Made by a program: the position numbers and the translations under genes. Below, one piece after another: positions 12,943 to 25,107 of a stretch of DNA of 64,000 bases; within the stretch, counting starts at the first letter, position 1, and the number at the start of each line of letters is the position of its first letter. The DNA comes from Setoptus koraiensis. Taxonomy: Eukaryota > Animalia > Arthropoda. Below the pieces are notes generated by a model. It had not been told where the DNA came from and made no database searches. It was given only the letters and a program-made list of their open reading frames with translations. The stretch is from contig CM106585.1 of the NCBI GenBank assembly GCA_048013815.1, forward strand, positions 1,364,001 through 1,428,000, read 5' to 3'.

Positions 12943-14126
12943 CTAATCGTCGTCGTTGTCGTTGTCGTCGTAACTGTCCGTATCTCTTTGTCTGTGATTG
13001 TTTCTCTGATTTCTGCCCTGATTGTAGGCGTCAGCTTCCGCCTGGCCGTAAGCCATTCCGTAGTTGGGAGCCGAGGCAGACTTGGCTCGTTTGCCGCCCG
13101 ACTGATCGTCGTCGTTGCCGTAGCCCGCCTGACCGTACCCATTGTAACCTAAATCGGTGACGCCCGACAAATCAAAACCGAGACCCGCGTTGGCGTCAGC
13201 AAAACCTCCGTACCCGTTGCCCACCATTGGAGCGGCTCCCGCTCCGTAGTGGTTGGGTCCTCGTTGATGTGACGCCGCCTGATTCAGGCCTCCGTTAGCC
13301 GGGCCCTGGCCTGGCTCGTCGTCGTTCTCGTCGGCACTGTCTTCGTCGTTGTTGTTATAATTATTATTGCGAACACCAGCATTGTTATTTGCCGATTGAT
13401 GTAATCCAACGCCATAATTGTTGTTGTTGTTGTTGGCCTGGTCAAACAAATTTGCACCATTGCCTGGCCCGTACGAGCCTTCGTCGTCGTCGCGATCATC
13501 GTTGTCTCTGTTGGCATTTGAGCGCGGACGCGAGCCCATCATGGGTGCCTGAGCGCCGCTATTGGCACCACCATAATAATTGGCATTCATTTGATTGTAG
13601 AGGCCATTTTGTGGTTGCTGGCGATAATCGTTGCCCGGGTTGCCCCCATAATAGCCCTGCTGATGAGTTGGCGATCGTTGCAATGGTTGCTGTTGATTGT
13701 AATAAGACGACGAATCTTGACTGGTGCCAGCACCAGCTCCGGCACCGGCGTTGCCAGCGCCACCCATAGGTGCATCACTAGATGGTACATCGTCGCTTTG
13801 ATAGGAGCTATGCAATGGAGAGGCTCCACTGGTGAACGAAGACAATGGCGACCTATAGAGATTTGCGGCTAATCTACTCAGAGGCGACTGATACGGACTA
13901 AGACTCGAGATACCTGGTGACAGTAGTTGATGTGGAAGATGATTTGTGATTGATTAGATTGATTCATAAACGAAACGAATTGTGACCTCATTGTCGCAAA
14001 CGCACCCGCACGCTAACCAATCTTACCATCTGTATCTATCTCACTGGATGTTGGAAAAAATTGACCGGACACTAATAGAGCGCTGGCCATCAATGTTGTT
14101 GTTGTGAACAGTAAAAACTTCATCAT
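12943..14126 (-). CDS. Secreted Gly/Asn/Gln/Tyr/Asp-rich low-complexity protein (~355 aa), two exons: 14126-14027 and 13913-12943
   Basis: Exon 1 encodes the signal peptide MMKFLLFTTTTLMASALLVSG-QFFPTSSEIDTD and ends G|GTAAG. A 113-nt intron ends TCACCAG|. The spliced frame GISSLSPYQSPLSRLAANLYRSP is open and in frame with ORF 12943-13845 (GYYGG, NYYGG, GYGG motifs, poly-N, acidic tracts). Confidence 0.8.
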
Positions 14127-15149
14127 TGTTATGCTTGCTTGTTGTTTGCACTAATTTTAATTTTAATTTTAAAATTTGAATTTCTTTTTTTGTGTCGTTT
14201 GTGTTTGTTTTTGTTGTTTCTTCTCTTTGTCAAAGAAAACCGAATATAAGCGATGTTGTTTGTTTCTTTGTTCACAGTGAAATGATGATGCTCACATTCA
14301 AATCATAATGATTCTCACCGGCGTTACAACAATCCAACTACACACATACACACCCCATTACACAACAGGTATATTACCCTACAATAGTGACGACGACATT
14401 AATAAATATCTGGTGGCCGATAATTTGCGGTTACGACTTTCGACTTCGCACCAACCAAAAGATATCTCACCTTTGGCGCCAACACCTTTCGCTGGCATGC
14501 AAGCCAAAACATTCGGCACTATTCAGCGCTGAAAACTAAACATTTTGAGAGCTAATGTCGCTGATATCAATGCTGACCCGCCCCAATTGACATTGATATT
14601 ATCGAAAGAAAATTGTCGACGAGCATCCGACGACCATTGAACTTGATCATCATGCCAATTGTGTGTGTGTGTGTGTGTGTCGGCTTGTGACGATTCGAAG
14701 GGTGTGTGATAGCTTCTAGCATTGTATAAAAGATAGATAGAATAAAAAATTCTTCCTTCCATCGAATTAAAACTTTCACCGCCGGCTCTTCACAATACAT
14801 TTCTTCACATTGGCATATCTACCAATTCTGTACTCATTTCATTTTATCTGATTCTCTGATCTGGTTCGTAAATTGTCAAGTGTATTACAATTGTTCCTAT
14901 CAGTTGATAGTGACGGTAAGTTGACAATCGCCTGTCAACTAAATGTTTAGTAACCAGTCAGTTACAGCAACAGTTACAGTAACATCAAGACGAATTGTTG
15001 TTCAATCACATCTCGCTTGTACAATTACAGGTTACATCATTATGGCCAACAAAGTAACTATTCGCATTTTTACTAGTGATGACGAAATTGCAACGGCAAC
15101 CTCTCTATTGTCACATGCCAAAGTGCGTTAGAATTGACTTTTTACAGTT

Positions 15150-16031
15150 GTGACAAGTTTTCACATTTGTTCTTTCGAGCTAAACCAGATAGATAAGTTA
15201 TCACTGATTTGTTTGCGCCATCGTCAGTCTGTTCAGTATCAATCGAGATTGAGGGTTGGTCGTAACACAAGCACACTATCTAGATTACACTTTCGCTTGA
15301 TACAAAAGATCTATGGTCTCTCTATGGTTGAAGTAGCCGCATGGAAACAACAGCCATTCTGTTATTTGTTTGAGGCTACATTTGTTTGCTGTACCCATGT
15401 GTCCGAATGAGGAGCTTTGTGCCCAGCTGTTTTTCGCCAGATTTCCAGGCTGTCAGAGGCTATGCCGGACAAAGTTACCTCTGGGAACAATTCTTAGAGT
15501 TGATCTCGGATTCCGAAGAGACCTATTTCGGTGAGTTTATTAACACTAGTTGAAAATTGGGATCGGAAAAAGATTGGCCAAGATGGTCAATCGAAGAAAA
15601 ACTTTTCTCTTGTTATTATGATAGATGATCTCAGTTGTTTAGAACATCTTGGATTGTGCCATTCAGAGATACTAGAAATGGTTGAAGAGATGAGTGCGTT
15701 GCTCATAGGCCTCTGTAACGAAAAAAAGGATTTCTCAAGCCTCGTAGTCATACAATCTCACTATAATCAAGAAGCGTATGAATTATACGATAATATGGAC
15801 TTGAATACTCTGATAAGATTATTGGCGCACTCATCCGATCTATTCCTAGAAATATCTCCCCTGCCAACAGGCTACTCTCGTCAAACAGACGGTTTCATCA
15901 AGATAAACGATTATCGAACAAAATGTAGCAAAGACGAGAAGCAAGACTATGACATCATTTCGCCATTAGCAGCAAAAGTGTTCCACTTCAAGTTAAGCGA
16001 TAGACGCACCAAGTTAGAACTGTACCGGTAA
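15150..16031 (+). CDS. ELP6: Elongator complex subunit 6-like; 5' exon structure unresolved
   Basis: ORF 15531-16031 has VIMIDDLSCL..LG, LVVIQSH, SDLFLEISPLPTGYSRQTDGFIKI and FHFKLSD, resembling ELP6 (LLVDDLS, LATGFCRDVHGQL, YQYKIQD). HFRLIQKIYGLSM in ORF 15150-15410 resembles HYSIVGQKLGVSL. Confidence 0.65.
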
Positions 16032-16328
16032 CGTTGATTTGTAAACATGCATGATTTGTAGCCAATGAAGAATCTCTTGCGATTTGGAAAATAAATGTTT
16101 TAAGAATTTTTTTAGAAACAAAAAAAAATCTTGTCAGTTTGAATCTCCCGCGCGTAATCAGTATTGTTGTTATTGTTGCTATTTATCACAATTGTTCCAA
16201 ATACAATTTTATCATAAGCAATTATCCTTATCAGTGTATGTGTATTTGTTTTATTTATTATTTAATCCAAAACAGTCCAATGAGTAGCCATTTTTTTTTT
16301 CGTTTGTTGAAGAGCAACTAACAAATTC

Positions 16329-17000
16329 ATGATGGCATCGCGTATCTTGGTTAATCGTAGACAATCATCAAATGAAGTGTTGAAGAAATTGACGCGCGTC
16401 AGTTACGAATACGCCGATATTGAACCGGATTTCGTTGTTGGAAGGACGGCCTGTGTCTTATATCTAAGCTTAAGATATCATGCATTGCATCCAAATTACA
16501 TATTTGATAGGATAAACAAACTAGGGCAAAACTATGATCTCCGAATATTATTAATAGTGGTGGATCATATTGAACATCAGGCCTACCTAAAGGAATTGAG
16601 TAAAGTTTGTATTAGATGCAATTTTACATTGATGTTGTGCTGGTCAATAGAGGATGCCGCCACCTATTTGGAAAAATATAAATTGTTTGAAGACAAACCG
16701 GCCGATATAATAATGGAACGACCAACTAATTACGACAATCAGAATGCATTAGATCAATATTTGATTGATGCATTGGCCGAGAGTCGCTCAGTCAATCGTA
16801 CCGATGCCACCTCTATTGTGGGCATCTTCGATAACTTTGAAAGGATCTGTATGGCCACTCAGGATGAGCTGGCATTGTGCCCAGGAGTAGGCATGCAAAA
16901 GGCACAACGATTGCACGAACTTTTACATAAGAGAGTCAAACGAGACACTGGACCCGTCGACAACAGTCAACCAGGCCAATCTTTAACGGCAACAACATAA
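16329..17000 (+). CDS. ERCC1: DNA excision repair protein ERCC1 (central domain plus HhH2), intronless
   Basis: ILVNRRQ..N.VLK, PDFVVGRTACVLYLSLRYHALHPNYI, LRILLIVVD, LMLCWS.EDAATYLEKYK and ELALCPGVGMQKAQRL match ERCC1 motifs. Confidence 0.95.
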   Translation: MMASRILVNRRQSSNEVLKKLTRVSYEYADIEPDFVVGRTACVLYLSLRYHALHPNYIFDRINKLGQNYDLRILLIVVDHIEHQAYLKELSKVCIRCNFTLMLCWSIEDAATYLEKYKLFEDKPADIIMERPTNYDNQNALDQYLIDALAESRSVNRTDATSIVGIFDNFERICMATQDELALCPGVGMQKAQRLHELLHKRVKRDTGPVDNSQPGQSLTATT

Positions 17001-17272
17001 CCTGTGATCGCTGAATCTGAATAATACTGGTATTAAGAGTACCCACAAAAGCTTAACTGCTAGGAGATTTACATTCTAGTAAAGAATTCTCACCGATGTG
17101 ATATTTTAATATTCAATAACACTCTAAAGCTGTGAATAATAACTTTCCAAAAATTACTTCCGGTCCATTGTTATCGCTTATGCTGTTTCCATTCTACCGG
17201 GCTTCTTCAATCCATACTGAATCAATCCATCTGTTCGAGCATGGAACAAATTTATTCAGCTACTGATCTAAT

Positions 17273-17656
17273 CTAATCATCGTAATCAGTTTCAACTCGA
17301 CGGGTTACCACACGAGTTGGTCGTCTCACTACTCGACGCTCCACAACTCTTGTTTCGACAGGACGAGTTACCACACGGCGACGTACAACTCTCACTGGAC
17401 GTTCGACTCGTTCTCGAACCACTACGGGACGTCGGTGATGGCCATCGTCGCTATCGTCGCTGTCGGATCTTTTTGACCTGGATAAAGGTGTGCTTCTCTT
17501 AACTCTGGCTGTATTACCAACGTTTGCTCGTGATGATGTCAATTGATCTGTTGTTGTAGGGATAGTTGCAACGGCTACAACACTTCTTTTTTGTTTGGCA
17601 TCAACCAAGAGACATGCCAGTGTCAAGAAAACGAAAATTTTCACTATGGCCCTCAT
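17273..17656 (-). CDS. Small secreted precursor A1: signal peptide, three basic cleavage sites (KQKR, RVKR, RSKR), Arg/Val-rich mature peptide
   Basis: MRAIVKIFVFLTLACLLVDA leader; close paralogy to 19475-19798 supports it being a real gene. Confidence 0.85.
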   Translation of the reverse strand: MRAIVKIFVFLTLACLLVDAKQKRSVVAVATIPTTTDQLTSSRANVGNTARVKRSTPLSRSKRSDSDDSDDGHHRRPVVVRERVERPVRVVRRRVVTRPVETRVVERRVVRRPTRVVTRRVETDYDD

Positions 17657-19474
17657 TTGCGATGATCAAAGCGCTGTTTTGTTTTCATTGTTTTGTTGGA
17701 ATTGAATAGGAATAATGATAATTATGATGATAGTTAGTAATAGTGAATTAGAATAAGCAATTCCCGAAGAACTGTTAAGAGAAGTGTAATGTGTCTAAGG
17801 AGAAGTTTGTGCGACGCTCCCTTACATGTTGTTACTATAAAACTTGATTGGTCTATTTCAGCTAGAAAAACCAGATAGGATTTTCTCGAGATGCAATCCG
17901 CTTCAAAAGTCTATCAAAACCGTCGAGCTGCACAATTGTTTTCTTTTTATTGCTTGATACTATCTGTATGTGTTTATCAGTGATGATGTGCCATATATAT
18001 AGTCTGACAAGGTCATGAACATGAAACAAGAAGTTCGGATGAGCAACGCAATTCTGTGAACTTGGTATCATAATAAATGTTAGTGTTAGTTGAACACTAT
18101 TTGCATAAATTTGCTTCCATCTGCTTACACAAATGAATGTCAGAGATATTGTTTGTTTAATTTGTTTCTCAGTTCAGCATTAGCCATATTGTCGTATGAA
18201 CATAGGGTGTACATTCCAACGCTCATTTTTCTTTTTGAATTCCTGACGCAATCTTTGTTGAAATGTCACTCCGTCGAAGCAACTTGTTACATAATTCATT
18301 CAACCAGAGGTGCTACATTTCTAAATTTTTCTATCTCTCTTACACTAACTAACATCACTTGTCCCCGCCGTGATCGCATGGTGGACTTTGGATAATATGC
18401 TTTCATACGACTGATATTCTTTTTCTGGAAGATCGTGCATCAACTAGTGGTACCGGGTCGCGCGAAAAAAAATGAGTCGTACTTGTTTGTTTAGATAGCT
18501 CGCACCACGCTTTGGGAATATTGTTCGAGTATATATATGATAATGATACATGTTTTCTGATTATCGGAAAAAATACTTATAGCTATAAATCACATACTCT
18601 CCTTGAACGTTTCGGGGGCTAGAATAATCTAATAGTTTATAAATAACTATATTTACTGATTGCTTTTCCACAGGATCTGCGCGCAAGATTTATTTGCATA
18701 ATGCTGACATCCAATTTGATGATTGAACCAATCTCATTTGCCATGAGCATATCTTTTGGTGTTTTTGAACTCATCGCAACGGCATTAAAATCAAATGGAC
18801 ATTCCGAGTCGAATGTGTGATAATAAACTTACATGCGGAAGTTGTCAATCTGGTGGTTATCTAATTGAACTTGAAAGTCATTCTTCCAGATTTTAGATGA
18901 TCTGGATACTGAATTTTACAATTATTGAGTGCAACAATCTAGAAATTGAACGATTCAACCTCAATGGTACAACCTCAAATAGACTATCGAAACAGTCTAG
19001 TAATGATGTTGATATAGCAACATTTGTAGCGTTAAAAGATCACGTCTATAGATCGGGCCATTGAGATAATTTAATCAAAATCATTTTAAAATGAGCTCGA
19101 TTCCTATTATGATTTGCGACGGTAAAATTCGACCATCACTTATATCTTTGTCGACTTCACAAATCGAATTTCGTTCGCGCATTGAAACGATGACTATCGT
19201 GAGATCAAAATCTGCATTAATCTAATTTGGCAGAGTAAAATAAAAATGTTAAAAATAAGTTATTTGAGACATCATCTTAGCGATATGTTCATTTAATTAG
19301 CATATCAATACAGTGCAATAATGAGAAGAGTTGTACAAGCAATCTCCCGTCTTTTTTACCAACTGTTGACTCATGTATCGGCAATGCTATGATCAGAACC
19401 ATGCCATATCTGATTCGCCGACTTGGTGATGCTAATTAATTATCTAACTATTTCATGACTAATATCCTAAATAA

Positions 19475-19798
19475 CTAGTATCCATATCCACCTCTCATTC
19501 CTCTGTAACGCCCCATACGGGGACGGATATAGACTGGACGCTCACGGATAACTTCCTCGCGAATCACTTCACGTCGGCGAGGACGGTGGTCACTGTCACT
19601 ATCACTGTCTGATCTCTTTGATCTTGATAGACCTGCGCTTCTTTTAACTTTAGGTGTTGTGTTCACGGATGCTGAAACTTCATTGGTGGTGGATGAGATA
19701 GATGTGTCAACATCTGCGATGACGCTTCTTTTCTGCTTAGCATCAACCAATAGACATGCCAAAGTCACTAAAACAAAAATTGGTAGAATGACCTTCAT
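19475..19798 (-). CDS. Small secreted precursor A2, paralog of A1, with an Arg-rich mature peptide ending RGMRGGYGY
   Basis: Likely start MKVILPIFVLVTLACLLVDA (ATG 19798); shares LACLLVDAKQKRSV, VKRS..LSRSKRSDSD with A1. Confidence 0.85.
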   Translation of the reverse strand: MKVILPIFVLVTLACLLVDAKQKRSVIADVDTSISSTTNEVSASVNTTPKVKRSAGLSRSKRSDSDSDSDHRPRRREVIREEVIRERPVYIRPRMGRYRGMRGGYGY

Positions 19799-21388
19799 TT
19801 TGAGATGATATCTTTCCTTCCTCTGTGAGAATAATGTGTTCAGAATGGATTGTTTCAATGAAGCTAATTAGTTAATTTGATAGGTGTTTCTAATAATGAT
19901 AACGAGGCTAGATTATCTAGCAATAAATACAATTTTCATATATTATAGTATGATATAGGTATATTGCATTGTATACATAATATTATAATATATTATATAA
20001 TATTATTATATTTATTATATATTAATAGATAGTACTTACTGCTCAATTGGGCCGAAACAACTGACTGCAAATGATGAGATGCTTGAGGATGAAACTAATT
20101 ATTACAACTGATACTCATGACAGCCTAGCCACCGTTATATACAGAAAAAAAAATCAACAGTATTCTAATTAGGTACAATTATTGGCATTTGGGGTTACCC
20201 AGCTGCACTAATTGACTATTTACATTACACGTGTATTTTAAGGCTGAACTTTGGCAAGACTAACCAAACCGCTATAGACAATCGCCGTTTGGCAAGTATA
20301 CTACCGGATCATGCTGATGCTAACTGGACTCGCTGCTTGTCATTTACATCCTTCAGATGATTCATCTTGTACAGTCCCACGTCAAGATATTGTTTGTATC
20401 TTTATTTGTATACTGTACATGTTGCTGTTAGACAGGCTAGACAGACACATGCGTTCTATGTCGACCCCCTTATCTATTACCAAATGATATTAGAAACTTT
20501 GGGTGGAATTGATTTTTTTCCCTGGTGTTTTCTGCAGAATGTTGCTAGCCCATTGATCGCAAACATTGACCCATGCGGTTGGGTCAATCTCAAACTGTCT
20601 AAGAAAAAACATGCCCGCGTACTACTGATGATAAAATTTGTTATGTCGGCTCATCGGGAATAAAAAATTTGAGCCCATCTTAAAATAATCCACTACCCTA
20701 CGTATCATATTTTTTTTTAGAGAATGCAAAAGTTCGTCAGTAACAGCATGCAGACGAACATGCGGTACAATGAATATGGAAAAGGAACAGAGTATATCAA
20801 AGTCTGGAATTATTACGCTCACGGAGGAAGAAAATACTGCTCAATTCCTTCTCAACACTAACTCATTAGCTACGCGTTGGCTTCTGACCGAGAGCTTATA
20901 CGATCGAATTCTATCATGACAACAGCAAATGTGAGTCAGTAGTCATTTTCCTGATTACATAATAGATACGATGTCAATATTCAGCTATTTTTCTAAAGAA
21001 TGCTCATGATTTGTCTCTACGAAAGAGAGTTGACTCATTTGAGCTTATTTCTGTTGACTTATGAGACTTGCTGATCCAATAGTGATGAGCGAAAACTTCC
21101 GAACTTACTCTTCTCAGTGATGTGCTAGATGCAAAGTCTGAGAGGATACAAATCATCAAACAACTGACAATTATTTATATTTAACCGGAAATGTTGTGGC
21201 ATTTTTGGACAGTCGCTCCCCAGCGCTACGGAGCTCGTAGCAGCAATGACGATACTGATCTAATGAAAATTGGCTTGACAAAAGGTGAAGTATTTGTTTG
21301 GCATTCTTCTGAATGTAAATAGCAACTAATTAACATATTGTTTTTTATTTACTATCGAGTGTTATTCAATGCATGTGTTCATTGTTGG

Positions 21389-21396
21389 TATAAATA
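21389..21396 (+). promoter_or_regulatory. Candidate TATA box (TATAAATA) for gene B1
   Basis: TATAAATAGT ~320 bp upstream of ATG 21710; the same 10-mer precedes the gene at 23410. Confidence 0.4.
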
Positions 21397-21709
21397 GTGT
21401 TTACAGAAGGACAGAATTCAATCCTTCGATAAACATTTCCATCCAGAAAGGCTCTAAGTAGTTCGATCAAGAATAGAAAAATATAGTAATTAAGTTATCA
21501 GGTAATTTAACTCAGAATATGATTCTAATAGTAACCAAATCTGGTTTGCTGATGAAATTAAGATTGTAACCACAATTGAATGAATTTCAAATTGAATTTC
21601 AAGTGTGGCACACAAAAATCAAACTAATTAATCAGTTTTTTTTTCTCACCACACTACTTTTGAACACTTCCAAATTGAAGAGGAAATCTACACAAAAAAA
21701 GTTGCCAAA

Positions 21710-22045
21710 ATGAAGATGCTAATGCCCATAATTTTGCTCGTGTGTCTGATCGCCTTGTTCGAGGTTAACGCAAAAGCAACACCTCACGAGGAGGAATTGG
21801 CTCAACAAAAAGCTGACCATATTGTGCATAAGACAAAGCACGCCATACACCAAGCTGAAAAAGCCGTCCAGGATGAGGAGACCCATTTGAAATCTGATCT
21901 AAAGAAGGAGCAGCGAAAAGTGCATGATACCGAGAGCAAAATCAAAGTTGACGCTCTTACAGCCAAAGATCTAGGCAAAATGGCCGAGGGACATGTAAAG
22001 AAGGATGTCAAGAAACACCTCCAAAACGCCGCAAACAATCTGTAG
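21710..22045 (+). CDS. Small secreted hydrophilic helical protein B1 (Lys/Glu/His/Ala-rich)
   Basis: Signal peptide MKMLMPIILLVCLIALFEVNA; paralog at 25108-25437 (AK.P.E..LA.QKA, KVD.LTAKDLG.M, K.DVK..L...AN.L). Confidence 0.85.
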   Translation: MKMLMPIILLVCLIALFEVNAKATPHEEELAQQKADHIVHKTKHAIHQAEKAVQDEETHLKSDLKKEQRKVHDTESKIKVDALTAKDLGKMAEGHVKKDVKKHLQNAANNL

Positions 22046-23324
22046 ATTCTTCTCTAGATATTGATTGAACTTAATCCATGTTAGAGCACTTTCTGTTTGT
22101 TATGGTTATCATATTAATCTATTAATCTATTCAGCTGTTTTCACTGTTGGAAGCACATTGCTTCTATCCAGTGATCACTGCTGTAAGATAAAAAAATCAT
22201 TGCTGTGCTCAAAAAGTTTCTCGTGTTATTCTTCACTTTATATCTGATTGATCAATTTGATGTTTGAACAATCTTTCATTTGAACCAACCATCACAGTTG
22301 CAACTCCCAGAAGATATGCATAGACTTTAACCAGACTGCAATGAATTTCATATTGGGCCATTCTCATGAGATAAACCCTGTTCTTTGACCTGTTCATTTT
22401 CAGTATTTTAGTAGGCTAGATCATGATTGAATTACTGATTTTTTATCGCCTGACAGAAACCACCTCAAGTCTAGATGAACGAACGCCATTTGGTTGAGAG
22501 TGAACAGACTTAGCCCCACTGGGTGGGATTCAGGTGCTATGGGATGCGAAAGATAAGTAATACTATCAATAGTATTGATATGCTCAAGCGAGTGGGGTCA
22601 ATATCTGATAATTCAATGTAATGACTAATTTATTATTGTTACTCAAGACTGGTGCGAGTACCTGCATTCAGGCGGATACAGATAGATCTCAGGTTTCGAA
22701 GATTCAGTCGCAAGAGGAAACCAAGCTACTTATCTGCTTTATCCCTATTCATGAATTTACGTCTGTTAAATAATCTTTTGAGTTAATTAATAGCTATGTA
22801 ACATAACTCACTATCGCTAGCGTCATCAATCGAAGAATGTCGACTGAAAGAGCGACTCGGTCGAAAGGTCATTACGACTGTTTGTAATAGTTTTGACATT
22901 TGTGTTTCCTTCATGTCTTATTACATCATTCAATTCGAGCTCTTTGCAACATTCATAAAAGAAAATATTCGTTCATTTTTTCGGTCATGAAAAAATGGAT
23001 GGTATTTCATGTTTACGGATCTATTTAAGTTAATTATGGATAGATTCTGAAGGTAAATATTGACCTCACAGTCGTTTCGTTTGCGACAAACAAAACAACA
23101 ATTGATTATCGCATCAGTATAATTACATTGTATGCAAAGAAAAATATTTATGATGTCAGACACATATTTGGTTCGAAACTCTGGGTGCCATTGCCTTGTC
23201 TGGGTAAACATAAGTTCAAGAGCGAGCTGCTAATTGTCTGGCAATTAAACATGATTATAATATTAGCATTTAAATGCTAGCGAAAGACCGATCTATAGAG
23301 CCTTATTATTTACGTTAAATTCAT

Positions 23325-23332
23325 TATAAATA
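23325..23332 (+). promoter_or_regulatory. Candidate TATA box (TATAAATA) for gene C
   Basis: TATAAATAGT ~80 bp upstream of ATG 23410. Confidence 0.55.
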
Positions 23333-23409
23333 GTCAGTATTCTCTTATAATTTTCTGTGAATTACATAGATTATTGCATTATCATTGTTTCCGCCTCATT
23401 TGATACAAG

Positions 23410-23742
23410 ATGAAATTCTTATTGTTGAGATTTCTGGTGCTAGCCTACCTAATGGTTATGGTAGCTGCTCAATGGGGTGGGCGAGGTCATTGGGGCCACC
23501 ACGATGACGACGACGACGACGACCATCACAACGACGACCACCACGACGATGATCACCATGACGATGACGACCACCACGACAATCATCGTCGTCGTGACGA
23601 CAATCACCGTCGTCGTGACGACAACCATCGCAATCATCGAAATCATCGCAACCATCGTAGAAACGAGCACCGTCGTAGAGACAATGATCATCACGATGAT
23701 GACCACCACGGAGATGGAGGCGATGGTGGCGGTGATGATTAA
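23410..23742 (+). CDS. Small secreted His/Asp/Arg-rich protein C
   Basis: Signal peptide MKFLLLRFLVLAYLMVMVAA, then QWGGRGHWGHH, D/H blocks and NHRRRDD/NHR repeats; upstream TATA box. Confidence 0.8.
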   Translation: MKFLLLRFLVLAYLMVMVAAQWGGRGHWGHHDDDDDDDHHNDDHHDDDHHDDDDHHDNHRRRDDNHRRRDDNHRNHRNHRNHRRNEHRRRDNDHHDDDHHGDGGDGGGDD

Positions 23743-25107
23743 ACAAGAAACAAAAATCAATAAACTCTTTCCGGTAACAACTTCGTGAACTTATACTGCA
23801 CCCAAATAAACCATATAATTGAGCAATTGAATAGTCAGAGCTTCATTGTCAGTTTTCATGTTGCTCAGCCCACAAAAAATCGGGTAATACGGCGTAACTG
23901 GACTGGCTTTACTAAACACGATAAATAGTAGTATTGTAAAAGAGCAAATCTTTTGTAGGCGGTATATGCAACTATCATCTTGATGGGCGCCGTTGAAGAA
24001 AATCAATGCGTGTAAAAGATTTTTCGTCAATGTATGTTAGAATCAGATGATGTTGTGACAACCAATAAAGTAGAACCCTTATCTAATTAATAATTAGCAA
24101 TTACCCTGCAAATAAAAGCGAGATTTATAAATCTAGTGTCGTGGGCAGAGTTTTTTTTTCTGCATTGGTGGCCCATTTCCTCGGCAAACTCAATTGATAC
24201 GCATATCTCGTGCGTCCTCAAAGAAGGTGATACATTTCAATCTGGCCACTCTTGTTCTTGAGCGGTTCAAAAGAATGGTCAGAATGAAATAGGAAACATG
24301 AGAATTTTTATCGAATTGATCATGCGAGTACCTTTCTGACATCAGCGAAAGCGGTCAACTACCAATAGAAATGTATACAATGCTATCACGGCGAGTGAAG
24401 AAGCCGACCAATTACCTTTGACTCTCCCTATCAAAAAACTCTGAGCGCTCCTACCGTGGCGATGGGGTGCTGTTTCAGAAAAAAAAATGGCATTTTGTTG
24501 TGAGACACAAGCAACAGGTGACCAACTCGCTCGGTCGCACAAGTTTGACAGCAATCAACTCTCCATCACCAATGAGGACATCACAGTTGTTGATGATTCG
24601 AGCGAATATTCGCAATTTGACAAAGAGATCGATAGAAGATGTCGCTAGGCCACTCAGGCTCAAGAAAATACTCGTAGGCGGTAAGACTTAGAAAACCATG
24701 CTTCGTCTTTATTTCAGAAGCACAATGGGCGAAAAATCCACAGAAGAAAGGGCTTTCTCTACAGTAACAACTCAAACGAATGTCCTCAACAATTCTGCAA
24801 AACCAGTGGTTTTGTAGCTTATTCTTTGGTACCATGCATGGTTCGAAAAACCTCAATATCTCTAGTGATAAATTAAATTGGCTGAAAATTTAAAACCTAA
24901 CCCATCCTGTAGTTGAAAAAGGAAAACAAAGATCAGCATCGTTCAGACAGTGTATGATGAATTGTCAAGGCTTTATCTATTCATTGAATACAATCGTATG
25001 AGGTACGATCATCGCGATAATAACACAAATGCGTTGATGAAATTAGAGTGAGTCTCTAATTACAGATTGGGCTATTTGCAACAATCAACTTGAACACCAT
25101 TGCATGA

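Noticed and set aside
13284-13872. Overlapping alternative-frame and antisense ORFs over real genes (also at 21802, 23449-23788, 25100-25374, 29262-29736, 33157, 40157, 56312-57152, 62519-63373)
   Set aside because: Shadow ORFs produced by low-complexity or biased codon usage of the true coding frame.
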